Positions 35,207 through 37,512 of a stretch of DNA of 37,512 nucleotides are shown piece by piece. The position numbers and the translations under genes were made by a program. Each line of letters starts with the position of its first letter. The first letter of the stretch is position 1. The notes beneath the pieces were generated by a model, which saw only the letters and a program-made list of their open reading frames with translations, made no database searches and was not told where the DNA came from. Location: contig NC_068987.1 of the NCBI RefSeq assembly GCF_001194135.2, positions 68,418,940 through 68,456,451 of the forward strand. The letters are read 5' to 3'. This DNA is from Octopus bimaculoides (taxonomy: Eukaryota).

Positions 35207-36339
35207 CCTATGTGCGTCTGTGCTTGTGTGTGGGATTATGCATAGATGTATGGGAGAGTAAAAGTAAAGAAATATGCAGATGGCTATTCATTTCTCAGTG
35301 TACCATGCTTTGCAATTGCATGCGTTTGCACAAACGTGTATATACTTATACTAGCTGTACAAATATACGCACACACAGATGATGATGGTTAGTGAAAATA
35401 GGAAATCGCCTTTAGTCGTTCCCGAGGTGAAAGTGACAATAAATAAGGCACTCCTAATTTCTTATACTTTAGTAGATTTGAAGCATTACAAACTGTTGGA
35501 CAAAAGGTCTAATATTATTAATGTAGGTGAAAGTACCTTCATGTTATTTATCTCCACAAACTTCAATGACTGTAGTGTGTGAATGCCTTGTAAACTAGTA
35601 AAATTATTTAATACTATGCACACGTATATATGTCAATATACAAATATATATGTTCTTTCCAAGAATGTCTCAGGGATACTTCAACTAGCAATAACAAAGC
35701 TAATATCTTAATTAGAAACGATATGAACAAGATAGGTGAACTTATAACTATAGTTCTGTTTAATGCAAGGAACGCTAAAGCTGAATGTGACACATCAACG
35801 TTTTGCCGTGTTCTGCTAATAACGTCTTCTGTGTTTCTTTGTTAACATATCTTTAATGTAGAAGCGAAATATTATGAGGATCATTCTGCTTACAATTGGA
35901 AAGAAGAGAGGTTTAAAAGCGCTGGCACAACAACGAGTCTGGTTGTATGTCAAATGCAAGATATTTCAAAAGCTAAGTTTAATATGTCAGTGAATTTGTA
36001 AATCAGTATCTAACAGGCAATAATTTGGTTTAGAAAATAATAAACAGCTACGCAGAGTCTGATTTATTTCGGGTTCCCAACTGAACAAAACAAGCAGCAA
36101 CTATAACAAAGAAGCAAATCTTACAAATCAAATGGAATATGGCAGCAAAGTGTACAAATTTCATGAATGCTGGGCGTTAGCTCCAGCTGACTCGGCATCG
36201 TATCAAGTTCGAATTATAAGGTCTTTTCTTGGAAATTATTTCATCAGTTTGTGTCTGTGACGTAGGAGGTACATGACCCTTTGGTCAAAAGATGCACACG
36301 TTGTCAGTAATGGTTTCATAACAAGTTTATGCTTCTTAC

Positions 36340-36422
36340 CGTGTACCTAAGCTGGGAATGTCAAAAATGACTGGATCAACGTTTTCTTGACACAAGCTCG
36401 ACAACCAGCGGCATGCTCCAAA
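36340..36422 (-). CDS. Candidate 83-nt internal exon, product unknown (FGACRWLSSLCQENVDPVIFDIPSLGT)
   Basis: Acceptor TTTTCTTTACTATCCGCCTTTCAAAATAG, donor CG|GTAAGA, and a single open frame. No recognisable homology. Confidence 0.25.
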
Positions 36423-37512
36423 CTATTTTGAAAGGCGGATAGTAAAGAAAATTGGCTACGACAAACTTAACTCTACTTATTTTGATCTCTAAAATTTTCA
36501 GGATAAAAGTAATATCGGACAATGCCTTGTGATTACTTCAATACATGGCAATATTTGAGAATAAATTTATAAGGTAACTGAGCATGTAGCTAAGAGTTGA
36601 ATAGTAAACATCACTTCTCCAGTACAACTCTGATATGAACTTTTCAAGATTAATGCCATTTGACGAACTGGGTTGAGAAAGTTGAATTTTGTCACGTCAA
36701 AATTTCAGAAACTTGTGAAACTGATCGACTCAACATGGCTAAATTAGCTAATTCTAAAATCATTTCATTAATAAAATTAAAACCATAGTTAAAAAAAAAT
36801 AACTCTAACTTTACTGAGTAATTCTTGTCAAAAGTTTCAAGGGGGATAAATTCATAATTCGAATTAATACAAAAATGAATGGCACCATGCAGTCTGAAGC
36901 GATTGTGATATTTAGCAATTGCAGAAACGAATCTAGACATATTTCAGGTCTTACAGCACCTCCTCAACTATGTATAGACTAAGACGTTCTTAGTAGATTA
37001 GAGAGTACTAAAATAATGAAGATGAGTAACTAAATATTCACGAATGAGGCACTTTAATATACTTACTGAGTGAAATATTTCAGGGATGTATTCTATATGA
37101 AAAGCATATATATTTTATATCAATATTTTTTATAAATATTTTCAATGTGAAATAATGGGAAATAACGACATAATTATTGTTGCCTTTCTGGCTCTTTGTA
37201 TCGACATTCACTGCTGTCATTCAACCTTTTTCTTTACTCCCCTATCTTTTCTGTTACATTAGATTTCTGCGCATCTTTTTAATAGTACAGTGATCTCGTC
37301 GTATACGTGTACACACAACTTCACATAAACACATACACATATACATATACATGTGTATATATGTGCATATATATATATACTCACATACACACGCACTCGC
37401 ATAATGCTTGAAAAGATAAGAATCTAACATATATGTATACAGTCATATACATATTCATATATACTCTGTATATAAACACATACCTACATATATATATATA
37501 TATATATATATA

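Overview
Eukaryotic, AT-rich genomic DNA saturated with microsatellites and containing nine N-gaps (about 4.5 kb in total). The repeat families look like octopod (Octopus-like) DNA; this is an inference from recognising the SINE families, not a database result. No complete or nameable protein-coding gene, rRNA, tRNA gene or CRISPR array is present. Almost all ORFs in the supplied track are microsatellite or gap artefacts. The window is an intronic/intergenic mobile-element graveyard. It holds at least three tRNA-derived SINE families (called A, B and D here), an unclassified (AAC)n-tailed repeat (C), and decayed coding fragments of an R4/Dong-type RLE LINE, a probable CRE-type LINE, a Penelope-like GIY-YIG endonuclease and possibly a Gypsy gag. 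There are also a few orphan exon candidates; the best is a minus-strand terminal exon at 22191-22414. The most interesting signal is a minimal type-I hammerhead-ribozyme-like motif with a palindromic helix III at 16480-16515. It sits inside a Penelope-like short repeat, and a hairpin element about 180 bp upstream carries a second, degenerate hammerhead-like core. Protein-family assignments come from recalled motif consensus and need HMM confirmation.
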